Below are positions 37,255 through 50,900 of a stretch of 64,000 nt of DNA, piece by piece. How positions within the stretch are numbered: the first letter of the stretch is position 1; each line of letters starts with the position of its first letter. Source of the stretch: Gnetum montanum (taxonomy: Eukaryota; Plantae; Gnetophyta); assembly GCA_015680685.1 (NCBI GenBank), contig MNCI01001360.1:269623-333622 (forward strand), read 5' to 3'. Below the pieces are notes generated by a model, which had not been told where the DNA came from, ran no database searches, and was given only the letters and a program-made list of their open reading frames with translations. The position numbers were made by a program, and so were the translations under genes.

Positions 37255-40200
37255 TATTGTTACAATTTGGACATTAATGGAGTAGGGTTTTAAATCTTGA
37301 GTTTCTACTCGATAAAGATTAGGAAGATTTTATGTAATATCTCACATATTTGAAAGATTTGTATACTTGTGCAATAAGATTAGGCTAAGAAAAGATTCAT
37401 TGCATTGTGATTATTATAAAGAATGATCTTTGAGCAGAGGTAATTCTAGGTTTTTAAAGCATTAAAAGCTTAAATAAACAATAATAGATTCAAAGGGAAG
37501 CTTCTATGGATATGTTTGAATTCAAGAAGCTAGGATTTTGGATTATATCCAATATCACATAGAATGATTATAAAAATATATTTTGTATGAATTCAACCTA
37601 ATCTTTGATTCACTATTGAAAGAGATCCTCAAAAGTGGAAATCACTGAGCCTAAAGATCAGCTTCATCTCAATGGGCATTGGAACAAATAGTTGAGCGCT
37701 AAGAAAAACCCTCATTTCTAGAAAAATGGCTCGATTCGATTCTAGAAAAGGGGTTTGTTAAGTATGCTTGCCATGTCAGCTCATGAGGCTAAAATTTGGC
37801 TCTACAAATTGATTCTACTTAGCATAGTTTTGTAGGATTAAAGTGTAAGAGAAAAATCAAATTAGCTTTGTGTATTTCCCTAGTGACACATCAACTATTA
37901 TGTGATGCAAGCCAAAAATCGGTTCTACAAAGGGTGCAAAATTGCTTCTACCAAGTTAGCTTGTTTGTAGAACAAGTTCGTAGAACCAAAATCTAACTTT
38001 ATAATTGAGCCTACTTTTTGGCTTTGCCATGTTGGCATTAGTAGAGGGTAAGTTTTTAGAGCTAAAAAATAGATCTAGGAAATAGTTCTACATTCTAGAT
38101 TACCATTTAGAAAAGGAGCTTAAACTGAAATATTATTTGTAGAGGGAGAAATCAGCTCTACAAATGAGTACCTAATTAGCCCTGCCAAGTTAGCTTCATT
38201 TAGGTGGAAGAACATGTAGAGTTGAAAAGTGGTTATATGAAGAAGCTTTACCATGTCAGCATCTACCATGTCATCTTCTTTGTAGAGCCAATTCATAGAA
38301 CTAAATGTCTACTCTACGAGTGCACTCTGCCATGTCAGTAGCTACCATGTTAGCTCCTAAGACGTCAACTTATAGAACCAATTCATGAAGTTTAAATTAA
38401 CTCTACAGGCAAGCTCATTTTCAACTCCACTAGGTCAGTAGTACACCAAGCCAACTCTTAGAGCTTGTTTTTAAGTCAAATTTTCAATTTTCAAAATAGC
38501 TCTTCCACATTAATGCCATACCACATCAACTTTGCCAAAATTCCATTCTACGAACAAGCTCATAATTGGTTCTACCATGTTAGCTCCTAAAGATTTTAAA
38601 TTTATAAAAATAGCCCATCCATGTCCATAAATAGGTGAAGAGCATAGTTTCTATTTAGATGGTAAAGTTCCATCTAAATAGTGTGGTCTACCATGTCAAC
38701 ACCTACCACATCAACTATGCCGTGAAAAAATTTAGATGAAGCTTATTTTCTCATTTATATCTAACACACTTCATCTACCACATCAACAATGCCACGTTTG
38801 TAGTGCCACAACAACATATGCCATGTCAACATCTTGATGAAGATTCTTAAGTTCATGAGAAATGAAAAGCCTCATCTTTCATGTTAGCATAACTCAACTT
38901 GCTTTGCCATGTTACTATTTTGCCATGTTATCATCTTGAAGGAGCTTTGTAGAATCAAAAAATGGCTTTATGAATTAGCTCTACCATGTCAACTTCATTA
39001 GATTATGGAGAAAGTTGAAAGAGCTTAAAAGATGTTTTACAAAGAAGCTTTGGCATGTCAGCATTTGCAATGTAAAAGCTCATCCCAGGTGCACAAAAGG
39101 TTACATTTCATGCATACGTGGATTTCTTTTTTCTTAATCCAGCTTAGTGAGGGATGAGGCATAGCATGTAGAATCAAGTATTAGCTCTATGAAGAAGAAG
39201 CCCTATAATCCTTCTTTCATGTCAGCTCTTCAATATAACAAACCAAAAAAGCTCTATGAAAAGATTCAAAAAGGCTCGACAGTTGACATTAGTGCAAAGG
39301 CTATGCCAAGAAAAAAGATAAAAATAGAGCCAGAAATTAAAGTAGAGCTAAGAGTATCATAGAGCCAACACTAAAGCATAAATCCACCATTGAAGCTTAA
39401 AGCAGAGAGCACAAATCTATCATTAAAGTAGAGAGCCATGATTAGGAAAATAAGCTATATTTTTGCAAATAAAATAGAGAGGGGTGGGAATTATTGATTT
39501 AATTAAGACCTAATAGAAACCCATTTCTCTAGCATAAACAGAGTTATGGTATTTATTGGGATTATGAATAAAATCATTAAGAGGAATCTTGAATTTAAGC
39601 AAATTTGAGTGAATGTTGGAGCTACTTTGACAGTTTCAATAGATTCTTTAGCTGAATTAGTTGTAGTAGAAACAAGAACTTAAAGAATTATTAAAGAAGC
39701 TTGATAGTGCTAAGTGAGATTCATGAATCAAGCTTTTAAAGTTCTATATGGTTATGGGAAGTTAGCTCAATAGGTAGTAGTAGAAGGGCTCCAGATTCAA
39801 AGAATGAGGAAAATCTATTAAGAAACTAGGCAATTGTTCAATGACTTGTAATTATATGAGTAGAGTGTGCGGAATCTGGAGGTTTAACTATAACGATTTT
39901 AATTGCCAAAGATTGCTATATAAAATTTAAAGAAAACTTGTTTAAGGAAGTTATGCATTGGCAGGAAGAATACTAGAAACACTAGGAGTAATTTCTTGTA
40001 TGATGATATTCTAACTTTAGATTTGATTCAACTAAGTTACTTCCATATTATGAGTTAATTCTTATTTTTCTACTTTACTATGGTTTCTTAACTAGTGGCA
40101 AAGATTGTATTGTACCTAGTATCTCATTCTTGGAATCATTTAAAATGCTTGAATAACTTTATGGCTAGAAATTTTTGGCATTTGTTGACTAATTTTAAAT

Positions 40201-40911
40201 AGCTTTAGTTTTTAAAATGTTCATTCATGTTGAGAATAGCCCATTTCAAAATGCTAGTTTGAGCTAAAGTGTTTAACAATTTTTGGTACTGTTGATTGAT
40301 TTGAAATAGCTTTAGTTTTTCAAAGTGTTTACTCATGTTAATAGTACCTCATTTTAATGTTTAAGATTCTATGTGAATGTACTATTTTACTTTCAAAAAT
40401 TCATTAAATCTTGCTTTGTTTCTAGTTTTCTTGTGAAAGTTTTTGTCTAGGGAAGATTGGTAATAGATTTTGTGGAATTGCACATAAGCATTAGATGAAA
40501 GACTAGTTAGAATAGGTAACATATGACTTGGACTACATAGACATAGTTGCTTTGATATAGTAGGAAATTTTAATCAATTGCAAAATGAAGTAAATATGGT
40601 TGAATCTTTTGATAAAAGTTCTTTTATGTATTTAACTTTTAGTATGCAATACTATGAAATTAGTACTTAGCGATAACTCAAAACACATAGTTTTCTCTAT
40701 AACAACTAAGTTTATTTGGAGGAATTTGGGCCTTGGAGGTTCTAGAGACCAGCAAACACCTAAACTTGAGTTTGATGGAACTCTCATCCTTGTGATTTTC
40801 ATCATGAGGAAGAGAACAACGTTGATGCTAAATAGAGATTTTACCCATTATCAGTTTCTCACAGTTAAGAAAAGATAATTGAAGCAGTGTGATCCAAAGT
40901 AGGCATCAATA
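37255..40911 (+). repeat. Family D 5' LTR (~3.66 kb)
   Basis: TATTG...CAATA termini (decayed TGTTG...CAACA); many CCAYGTCAGC-derived motifs; followed by a PBS. Confidence 0.82.
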
Positions 40912-40919
40912 GTTCTTTT

Positions 40920-40935
40920 TGGCACTAGAAGGAGG
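40920..40935 (+). promoter_or_regulatory. Primer binding site, tRNA-Asn type
   Basis: TGGCACTAGAAGGAGG resembles TGGCGCTAGAAGGAGG, the complement of the plant tRNA-Asn 3' end (CCTCCTTCTAGCGCCA). Confidence 0.75.
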
Positions 40936-41188
40936 ACAGGAAATTAGCTACTACTCTTTTCATGAGCAAACAACATGATAAATTTGAGGAATTTGAAAGT
41001 CCAAATGAGTACACTCATTATAAGGCTGATTATTCATCAGAGGAAGAGCAGCAAAAGATTTTTAACAAGGGAAAAGTGGTGGAGTAAAATCTAGAAGGTC
41101 TAGAAAATCACCTCTTTTATCTAGGTTACAACTCATTAAGATAAGATGAGGAAATTCTAGGTGTTCAACAACATGAAGGAATTTCAAC

Positions 41189-42616
41189 ATGGCAAATCGA
41201 CCACCAATAAATCCTTTGCAAGGAGCCACATCGCTGAGATTCTCAAACTACCTTGATAGCCACAAGAGAGTTTACAAATATTTACCTAAGCCTTATATTC
41301 TTGGAGAAGCTTATCTAGCTGAAGAATATGTTTACTTGTTTGAGTTAGCTTTGGCAAATCTAAAGGTCTAGCATCAAGACCAAGCTTGTAGGCTATTTGT
41401 AGCAAACTTAACAGATATGGCTTAAATTTGTTATTCTAATTTACTAAACAATAGCATCACTAGCTGGGTTGACATAAAAAATTTGTTCTTAGTTTAGTTT
41501 GGAAATCAAATTAATCAACAACAACTATATTATGGGTTAGTTTAAGCCAAACAAGGATATAAAGAATCAGTTAGGAGATTTAACATTAAATTCCAATGAA
41601 TTTATGGATTATTTCAAAGATAGTATAGGCCATTAGATGAAGTACTAAAAGGCACTTATCTAAATGCTGTTAATGCCAATATTTCTATCTAGTCCAAAAG
41701 AACTCCAAATCTGGAAGCTTTGAATGATTTTTTTAATGAGGCCACTAGTCGGAAAGATAGCTAAATTTAGCTAATGGATAAATCTTTAGAATACCCAAAA
41801 GCAAAGAAAAATCATAGGTCTTTGTACAAAATTTAGCTTAGTTTAAAGCATTACCTCATGTGATCAACAAAGGTTAAGATCAAAAAAATGAAAATTTTTA
41901 AGAGATTTTTGAGGAAGGAAAGTGAATGAAGGAATTGTCCAACAATGTAGTCAAGTTAGAGAAAGCACTATCTAAAGGTAAGATAAAGGTAGAAAAGAAG
42001 CATAGGAGACATAGGCATGAAATTAATACCAAATTAGCAAATTTTAAAGATGATAATAACATAGATATATCAAATTTTCTTGACATTGAATATGATGATT
42101 AGTCATATGGTATTCATTATGTTAGCAAATCTTCAGAAAGTGAGTGAAGTGACATTTTCTCTTCAGCAAGATCTAAAGAAGATTCATCTTCAGATGAGGA
42201 ATGCAATAATAATGATCAATCCAAATATAACTTAAGGTTAAAAGAATGTCACTACATCTAGACCTCCAAATGTGATATTTGATCCTACTACTAAAAGAAA
42301 ATTTTTTGAGCTGAATGGGAAGGAAAAAGAAAGGAAAAAATTACTCAAATTGACAAAAATTCCCAAAATTAGTTACCCAATAAATGGTTTAGAAAGTCAA
42401 GCTTTTATGGTGATGGAGAGTATGACTTAATAGAGGATTTGAAACACATAAAATCAAATGTTAGCATATATTAGATGTTAAAAATGGGAAGTGAGCAAAA
42501 GAAAGTTTTAGAACTGGTTAAGACAAAGAAGAAGATTGGAGAATTTGAACAAAGTTATGTCTGTAATGAAGATAAAATAGGAAAATCCAACTATCCTTGT
42601 AGTCTAGATAAAGCAG
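41189..42616 (+). pseudogene. gag: gag of element D
   Basis: AEEYVYLFELALANLKV*HQDQACRLFVANL...SITSWVDIKNLFL; E/D/S-rich linker. Confidence 0.8.
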
Positions 42617-44044
42617 TGATGAACCGGTTGAAGCTTAATGCTAGTTTACATTCGTTGTAGAGATGTCACCTCATCTATGACTATCTTGCAAGTCATATCT
42701 ATGAAGGAATGGTTCAAAGTTAAAGAGATCATCAAGCCAATAAAAGGTTAAATCCATATCCAATTAAAATCCCACACTTATTATTTTCATGTGTAAGTAA
42801 AATCATGAGTTTTCACTCTAACTTCTAATCCCATGTTCAAGAGTGGAAATTGAATGATTTAATCAAATTGAAATCATATAAAGTTAGTAAAGATAATAGA
42901 AGATTATAAGGGAGACTTCACCTAATTCATGATACTACCTTGTTGTTTCTACAATGTAGCAAATTCAACAACCCATTAATGAACTCCAATGGTTTATAGT
43001 TACCACAAGGTTTAACAAATCTTCTTTGGTAATTTACAAAAGTAAAAGCTTTAAAATATGGGCTCAATTTGATGTGGGTTTCTCCTTGTATTTGACCCCT
43101 TCTATTAGACATCGAGCTTTCCCATTTATACTAGAAAAGGTTTGATTATAATTGAAAAAATTTTATTATTTGGGTATATCTATCTTCATCGAACACTTCA
43201 ATGGAGATTGGTTAAAAAGCATTGAATTGTATCATGGTGGCTATGTCCTTTGATAGTCTATCTGCATCATGTTAGCGGTACAAATTGATATCTTCATTCT
43301 CTGGCAAGGTACTTGCTATTGTAATCACATGATATTGATCCTTGTCATGATAGGTATGAAAATTGATAGTATTTGGGTTGATCTAAATTGATTTGGTGAT
43401 GTATATCGATGTCATCGTTTTTAGCATATGTTGAAGCTCCTAATCCCAATCAATATCCTTATTGATTTAGATAGATCATGCTATAACCTACTATAACAGA
43501 GACTTATCAAAGTAATTAGTGCATATTGATGGGCATTGAAGGAATTAATGCACTTTGATATAGTAAAATAGTAAAAAAAATAAAAAGGAGTTTTTATTTT
43601 CCAAAATTAGAACAATTGGGGATTTATCATAGCCCCCTACTTGCTTTTGGCTAGTGCCTTGTCAACAAAGGTGATGATATGCATATCAATTCAACTAATA
43701 TCTAATCTAAACCTTCATCACATAGCCAAGCTTGTTGGCTAGAAAAATAGTTAAACTGAGCTCCAAAAGAATTAAATAGTTTCCTTCCACATAAACATAA
43801 TATCATCAACAAGAATTATATAGCATTCACATTTCCTTAAGTTTTTAATTCATAAGAAAATGTAATAGTATCATGCTAAAATCCATCCACATATATGTAT
43901 ATGATCAAAATCAAAGATTTAACATTTCATTTATGATTCCAGTGTTTAAAAGTAAATAACAAAATTTCACTTGTCCAATTATTCCATAATGGCTCAATGG
44001 CCATAAAAACACAAAACAAAATGAATATTGCTGTAAGGATTAAG

Positions 44045-45065
44045 CCTTTGATCCTCCCTCCACCTCCATGTCTTATTCAAAATGAGAAGGTTTTGCTTCC
44101 TCGTCATCATCCTTGATTTGAGGATGGACATTCTTTTCAATGTATACTACCCTCTTATCCATGGCGATGAGGGTGAAGCTGACCTTCTTCAACATGGTTA
44201 GGATCTTCCTTTTTGTGGATTTGACCTCTTGAAGCTAGGCTTAGACTTGTTCTTTCAATTCACGAGCTTCACTAGACTCTGGTATCAATGAAGATCTAGG
44301 AGCCTTTGATTCATTAACAAAGGGATCAACATTTGTATAAATCTTTAAGGAACATGGGAAGGTATCCTTCTTGAGCACTGTGGGATGAACCTTCATACCT
44401 GTTTGAGGATTTGGCACCCCAGACTTCAAAAGAATAGCTGAAATAAGGAAGGGAAAGAAAAGCTTGAGCGAATCATCATTGTAATGGTGTATCCTGTACC
44501 TGATTGGAGGATAGGTGAAGTTTTCTTCCTTTGTGAACTTCAAAGCCTTCATTACCTAGAGGTTTGGACTTAGAACATTAGTTGTATGTGTGGATGGCAG
44601 GACGCTTGTAATGATCATCCTTAAAATCACATGTTGCTTTGGCTGATGGTTTACAAAATGTAAACCTTGAGTGTACAATCTCTGAGAGTCAAATTTACCA
44701 ATAAATTGGTGGAAGAGATCATATTTCTTCTTTGTGTTGGCCTTGCACTTGAAGATGTCTTCTCCTATGGGTGCTAGCTCAAACCACTCTTGGAGCCTTA
44801 CTGTAGTCTCCGTTACTCACATTTTCCTCGTTGAGGAAACTAAGTAATGCTTTGCAGGATCTACCTTCGTCAAATGTGGCTTGAGATTTCTATAAAACTC
44901 TAGGTGTTCTTCCTAGTAAAAATAATCAATGGGGGGTCAGATGAAAGCCTCATATCCCATTGCTTCCAATTGTTACCTCATGGCTACATTTGTGTGATCA
45001 AATCACTCAGACTAATCTGCTTCATGATGCCAAGGAGCGATTTTTAATCATTCATTCTTGGGGGC
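44045..45065 (-). pseudogene. Accessory ORF of element C ('putative plant transposon protein'/Transposase_32-like)
   Basis: QLEAMGYEAFI*PPIDYFY*EEHLEFYRNLK...KLFFPFLISAILLKSGVP, then a short coiled coil; includes ORF 44241-44552; acceptor-like TTTTAG at ~45066. Confidence 0.6.
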
Positions 45066-45879
45066 CTAAAACATAACAAGAAAATTAAGCATTCGGAAGT
45101 TATGTACAATTTCTTCAGTAATCCCCATGCTTATCTTTTCATATTATTTTATGGTGGATGATTCAGCCATTTATATTACCTTGCACGTGGAAGTTGTGCA
45201 AAAACCAAAAATCACAATTCTACCTTAGACTATAAAAATGACTTTTAATGGTAAGACATACTTACTAGATGCAAAGAGAGGAGTGAAGGTTTGCACCTAT
45301 AATTTGCACTCTGCCGTGGTCTCCTAAATCTAGTTGAAGCATTATAGAGTCGGAAGTTGATGGCTTTAAATTGGCGACATAGGATTTTGGACCAATCGAC
45401 AATCATAGCACATAGGCCTCTAGGATGTCAATGTTCATCATGATTACATTGATAAAACGTGAAAAATTTGGGAAATTTTTATTTTTATTGATTTTCATTA
45501 GATTGCTGGATATGAATTGATCAATATATCAAATTGTAGCCATGCTATTCAGATGTGAGTTATTTAGGAAAATTTCTCCTTTACTGATCCATATCGATTC
45601 AATCGATGTGAATCAATATCTCTGCATATTAGGACATTGATTTGGATCGAGGAAGTTGATAATTATAGTGATAATTTGGACCGTCTTTTTATACATATTG
45701 ATTTATGTCGCACCAATAGATATACCGCGATTTTATTTATAACTAGACATCAAACCGGTGATATCTCTTGATATTGTTGGTTTCCTACTAGCTTAGTTAT
45801 ATATATTTATAATATATATCTATAAATTGGCTGATAGAATCTTATAAGATTACAAGTAAGAAGTTCTTTGAGTAAAAAA

Positions 45880-46400
45880 TCTTGCGACTTCTGGACGAAG
45901 AACAAGATTTAAAAACCCAAATTTTCATGCCTTCTGGACGAAGAACAAGATTTCTGTACCTTATTTCTGGACGCTTCGATGCTGTTCTGATCCACGCGTG
46001 GTTTCTGTCTTTGGCTAAAATGCTGGATCTGCATCTGCAGAACTCGAGCCCTCCTACTGCTCTGTGCACCGTTTTCACGCATTATCTATGTATTTATAAG
46101 AATGCAAAGGACGTAATCTTTGATAACATGTTAGGGTTAGGGTTATGCACAAAGTTGCGTTATTGAAATGAAATGGCCTCTCTCGAATTTTAATTACACG
46201 TCAACGTTATTCACAAAGTTGTGTTACCGAAATAGCATATATGAAATTTTACACGTCAGCATCACACGTCAGCAGTGTTGTGCACAAAATGGCGTTCCCG
46301 AAATGGGCCATGGGAAAGTCAACGCTGGTCAGCGTTACGCACAAAATATTAGCGTTCCCGATTTCTCACTGGTAATGGCCTATCGGCCAAAAAAGTTTTA
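45880..46400 (-). promoter_or_regulatory. CpG-rich putative internal promoter and first exon upstream of the accessory ORF
   Basis: Minus-strand TATAAATA at 46098-46091; AACCCTAACCCTAA at 46144-46131; ACACGTCA x3; TGGGCC at 46304; donor AAG|GTACAG at ~45959. Confidence 0.5.
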
Positions 46401-47928
46401 TTTCTTCCCATGATATTAATGGACATCGATCTTGTGATGTCCTTCGATAAGATAATTTTTAGTAATTGCCATTTATGTGTTGTGATATGAATCACTAATA
46501 GGATAATACATTTATTTGCTTAATAATATTTACAAAATTTTATTGCTTTTTCACTTCATATAATGAATTCTTATTATTATGGTAGGAATCCACATATAAT
46601 TCCATTAGGAAGGCCCTTCCTAGAATTAATTTGGCTAAACATCATCTCACAAAATTTGCTTCATTTGTTGCAAGGATGTCTTACAATCTCAAGGTCTCCA
46701 TCTTTATGCATTTCTTGTAGCAAAATCATTCCCTAACTTTCTCTTGGATTAGCTTCCATGTTGGTTATATCCCACTATCTTATCCCGCCGCGAGTCCCCC
46801 CTCATATTTGGGGTAATTACTTAAATAATTATTAATGAAATGTGGATTTGGGCCTGCTAGGAGAATATACCAAAAGCAAGAGTGCCATGGGCTTTATATA
46901 ATCTCCTTCCTTGATGATGATTGACTTTGCCAACCTCCCAGGCAATGGTGTCAAATTGATGAGCCAACCAAAGTTTGGTGCTAGTTTACATTTGTTGTAG
47001 AGATGTCGCCTCATCTACAACTAACCTGTGAGTCATATCCACGAAGGAATGGTTCAAAGTTAAAGAGATCATCAAGATAATAAATGATTAGATTCAAATC
47101 CAATTAAAATCCCACACTTATGACTATCACTCATAAGTAAAATCATAAGTTTTTACCCTAACTTCTAATCCCAAGTTCAAGAGTGAAAATTGATTAATTT
47201 AATCAAATTGAAATCATATAATATTAGTAGAGACACCAAAATATTACAAAGGAGACTTCACCTAATTTGTGGTTCTACCTTGCTATTTCTACAATGTAGT
47301 AACTTCAACAGCCCATCAATGGTCTCTAATGGTTGATAATTACCACAAGGTTCAACAAATCTTCTTTGGTAATTTACAAAAGGAAAAGATTCAAAAAATG
47401 GTTTCAATTTGATGTGGGTTTCTCTTGATATTTGATTCCCCCTATTAGACATCAAGTTTCCCCATTTATACTGGAAAAGGCTTGATTATAATTGGGAAAA
47501 TTTTATTATTTGGGTACATTGATCTTCATTGAATACTTCGATGGAGACTAGTTACAAAGCATTGAACTGTATTGTAGTGGCTATGTCCTTTGATAGCCAA
47601 TTTGCATCGCACTAGTTATGCAAATTGATATCTTTATCCTCTAGAAAGGCACTTGCTCTTGTAATTAGATGATATTGATCCTTGTCATGATAGCTACGAA
47701 AATCAACATCATTTGGATCAATCTAAATTGATTCAATGATGTATATTGATTTCATTATCAATTTAGATAGATCCTACAATAACCTACAATACAAGAGACT
47801 TATCAAAGTAATTAGTGCATATCGATTGACATTGAAGAAATTGATGCAATTCTATATAGTAAACTAGTAAAAAAAAAATTAAAAAGTAGTATTTATTTGT
47901 CAAAAATAGAACAATTAGGGGTTTATTA

Positions 47929-50900
47929 AGAAGCTTCTTCTTTTCTCCTAATAATAAATTTGAATGGTAAATATTTGCACAATTGTTTAGTTGATTCAAG
48001 AGCTACTTTAACTATCATGCCATTATTTATCTATAGATATATATCCATAGATTATTTTCACATGTGGCTACCATGGAAAGAAGAGCCTAATAAAATATAC
48101 ATATATAGTAATCCATTAATCATCAAGAACATTACTTTAGATGGAAAGAACAAAGTCATTGAGACCAAAGATATTAAAATAGGAGCATGTTTGCTCATAA
48201 AAGTTCAAGTCCCAGAGAAAAGAAAAATTCAAAGCAAAGGAAAATAAAAGTTGTTTTTTGATGGGTCGTGTAATTCAAAAGGGATCAGAGTTGGAAAGTA
48301 AAAGATAAATCTCCAAAAAATTTTATAGCTACAAATTTATCCTTTATACAAATAATAAAATTGAGTATGAAGCCCTATGCATCAGAATCAGAATAGCTCT
48401 AGAGAAAGGGATTAAATAAATTATAATAAAAGGAGATTCAAAGCTCATTTGTGAATAGATCATAGGTGAATATGTAGTAAAAAGTTCATTCTTAAGGGCA
48501 TATAAAAAATTCATTTGTAACTTGTGAGACCAATTTGAGTGGTATGAGATAAAGCATATATGTAGAGAAGACAACCAGTTAGTAGATGAGCTAGATACAG
48601 TGGTTTTAACACTAGCTTCAAAAAGGATTAAAAAATATAGAAGGGTTATAATTGAAGTTGAGCATCAACCTTTAGTGCCAAATAACGTGAAGCACTTTCA
48701 GGTGTTTGAAAATGATGATAAATTGATTAGATTATTGAAGAATAAGGGAGAGTTTGAGAAAAAAATTATGTTTGAAATAGTAGTTGCATCAAAGCTTAGA
48801 TCAATCTTTATTTCCAAGAAGGTAGTTGATGATAAATATGAGTTTAGCAAAAGGTTGCTTAAAGGGACAAGCATCCAAAATCTAGATGATCAAGCTTATG
48901 AGGTAATAAATTTAAGATCTAGAGAAAAACTAAAAATGTTGAAAATCACAAAAGGAAATGATGTAGTTTTTAGAAAAAAAAAATTATTATCTTTATTAAA
49001 GGTTAATCTGGATAATTTTGCATGGTCCTATGATGACCTTAGAACATTCAGCATTGATGTAATAACTCATAAATTTCCATTGGTAAAATATTGTAAAGTA
49101 GTTAGGCAAAAGCAAACTAAGTTTAATCCATAATTTGAGCCACCCATGGTGGCTAAAATCAAAAAAATTACTACAAGCTATAATTATATACCCTATCCAA
49201 TATTCAATGTGGCTAGCAAATCTAGTACTTGTAAGGAAAAATATTGGTGATATTAGGATATGCTTAATTTTAGAAATTTGAATGAAGTTTCAGAAAAGTA
49301 CAAGTATCCATTACCTACAATAGATAAAATGCTAATTATAAGTATCAAGATGTCAAGTATACTCTTTTCTAGATGGCTTTTTGGGGTGTAATCAAGTTAT
49401 GGTGGACAAAAATGATAGATACAAAATAACCTTCATTACTAAGTGGGGAACTTTCACTTCTAAAAGGATGCCATTTGAAGTATCAAATGCTGGAGCCACT
49501 TTCCAGTGAGTAATGGACATAGATTTTAAAGGTTTAATAAGAAAATTTGTAGTAATTTATGTAGATGATATTACTGTTTACTCAAGAAGGAAGGAAGATC
49601 ACATAAGTTACCTTTAGAGTTTGAAAGTATGGTATTTCTTTCAATCCTATGAAAAACATTCTTGGGGTAAAATCTAAAAGGGTTTTGGAGCAAATAGTTT
49701 ACCAAAAGGGTATTGCTATAGATAAATTGAGAATCCAGATTGTGCAAAACATTGAACATTTGACCAACTAAAAGTCACTTGGGTCTTTCTGTGGGAAAAT
49801 AAATTTCGTCAAAAAGTTAATGTAAATTATTAAGAAAGATGTTTAGGTAAAAAAAAAATAAAAATAAAAAAACACTTGAATTAGATAAGGCTTTAGCAAA
49901 AATTAAAAAGACTATCCAGGAAACCTTGGATTTAGCTAAATGTAACTTAAAAAAAAAAAAGACTTTTGGCTATATGCTTTTGCTTCTAGCAATTCAATTG
50001 CTACGGTTTTAACTTAGAAGAAGGATGGTTAGGATGAGCTAATAGAATTCTTTGGTTACTAGCTTAAAGGCTATAAATTAAATTACTCAGATCTAGAAAA
50101 ATAGACATACACTATGAGTAAGGCATTAATTCATTTTAGATATTATTTATAAAGTGCTTTGATTCATGTTATGATAATAGAGCTGGTTGTTAAGAAATTT
50201 TTAGCTTAAAATGAAACTGGATTGAAAAGAGGGAAATGGCTTATTAAGCTTCAAGGATTTAGATGTTCTCTAGAATTATTCAAAATAGTTAAAGGAATGG
50301 GATTAGCTAAAATAATGGCTAAAGAAGCTAAAATTTGTATGTTAAGATTCTCATGGTGAAGATGGTATGATGAAATTTTAGAGTTCTTCACTTCAAGAAA
50401 AGTCCTAGATATTTTGACTATGAGCCAAAGAAGAACTTTTTTTAAAGAGACATATAAGTTCTTGGTGAAAGATGGGATTTTATACAGAAAATATTTTAGA
50501 AGAGTTCTGTTAGAATGTGTCAAGAATGATTAGATCAAGCTCATGTTGGACCAATTTCATGATCGTGTAAACTTGTTTTATGATTTTCCAAAATCCACTA
50601 TGTAGCACATATTAGGTTATGGGTTTTATTGTCTAGACATGTATTGAGATATAAGTTCAATGGTCTAACATTGTTACAAATGTTAGATTCATGGGCCAAA
50701 AATCAAGAGAGATAGCACTCCTCTAAATCCAGTAATTGGAGATAAGCTATTTTAGTGGTGGACCTTAGATTTTATTGGCACAATTACTTCTTTAAAAGTT
50801 GGACATAAATTTATAGTTATAGCTATTGACTATTTTACCAAGTGGTCAGAAGTAAAAGCTTTGAAAAGAAGTTCAGAATCAAATGTGATTAGGTTTCTTG

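Larger units (their letters stand above)
42617..47928 (-). mobile_element. Non-autonomous Athila-like LTR element (family C, 5.3 kb, no recognisable gag/pol)
   Basis: LTRs at 46957-47928 (5') and 42617-43629 (3'); TSD AGCAG/AGAAG; PBS TGACACCATTGCCTGGGA (decayed TGGCGCCGTTGCCGGGGA); PPT GTAGGGGG. Excision restores the host frame SLDKAEASSFLL. Confidence 0.9.

Noticed and set aside
46131-46144. TTAGGG repeats as interstitial telomere
   Set aside because: Only two units; better read as a telo-box-like promoter motif.
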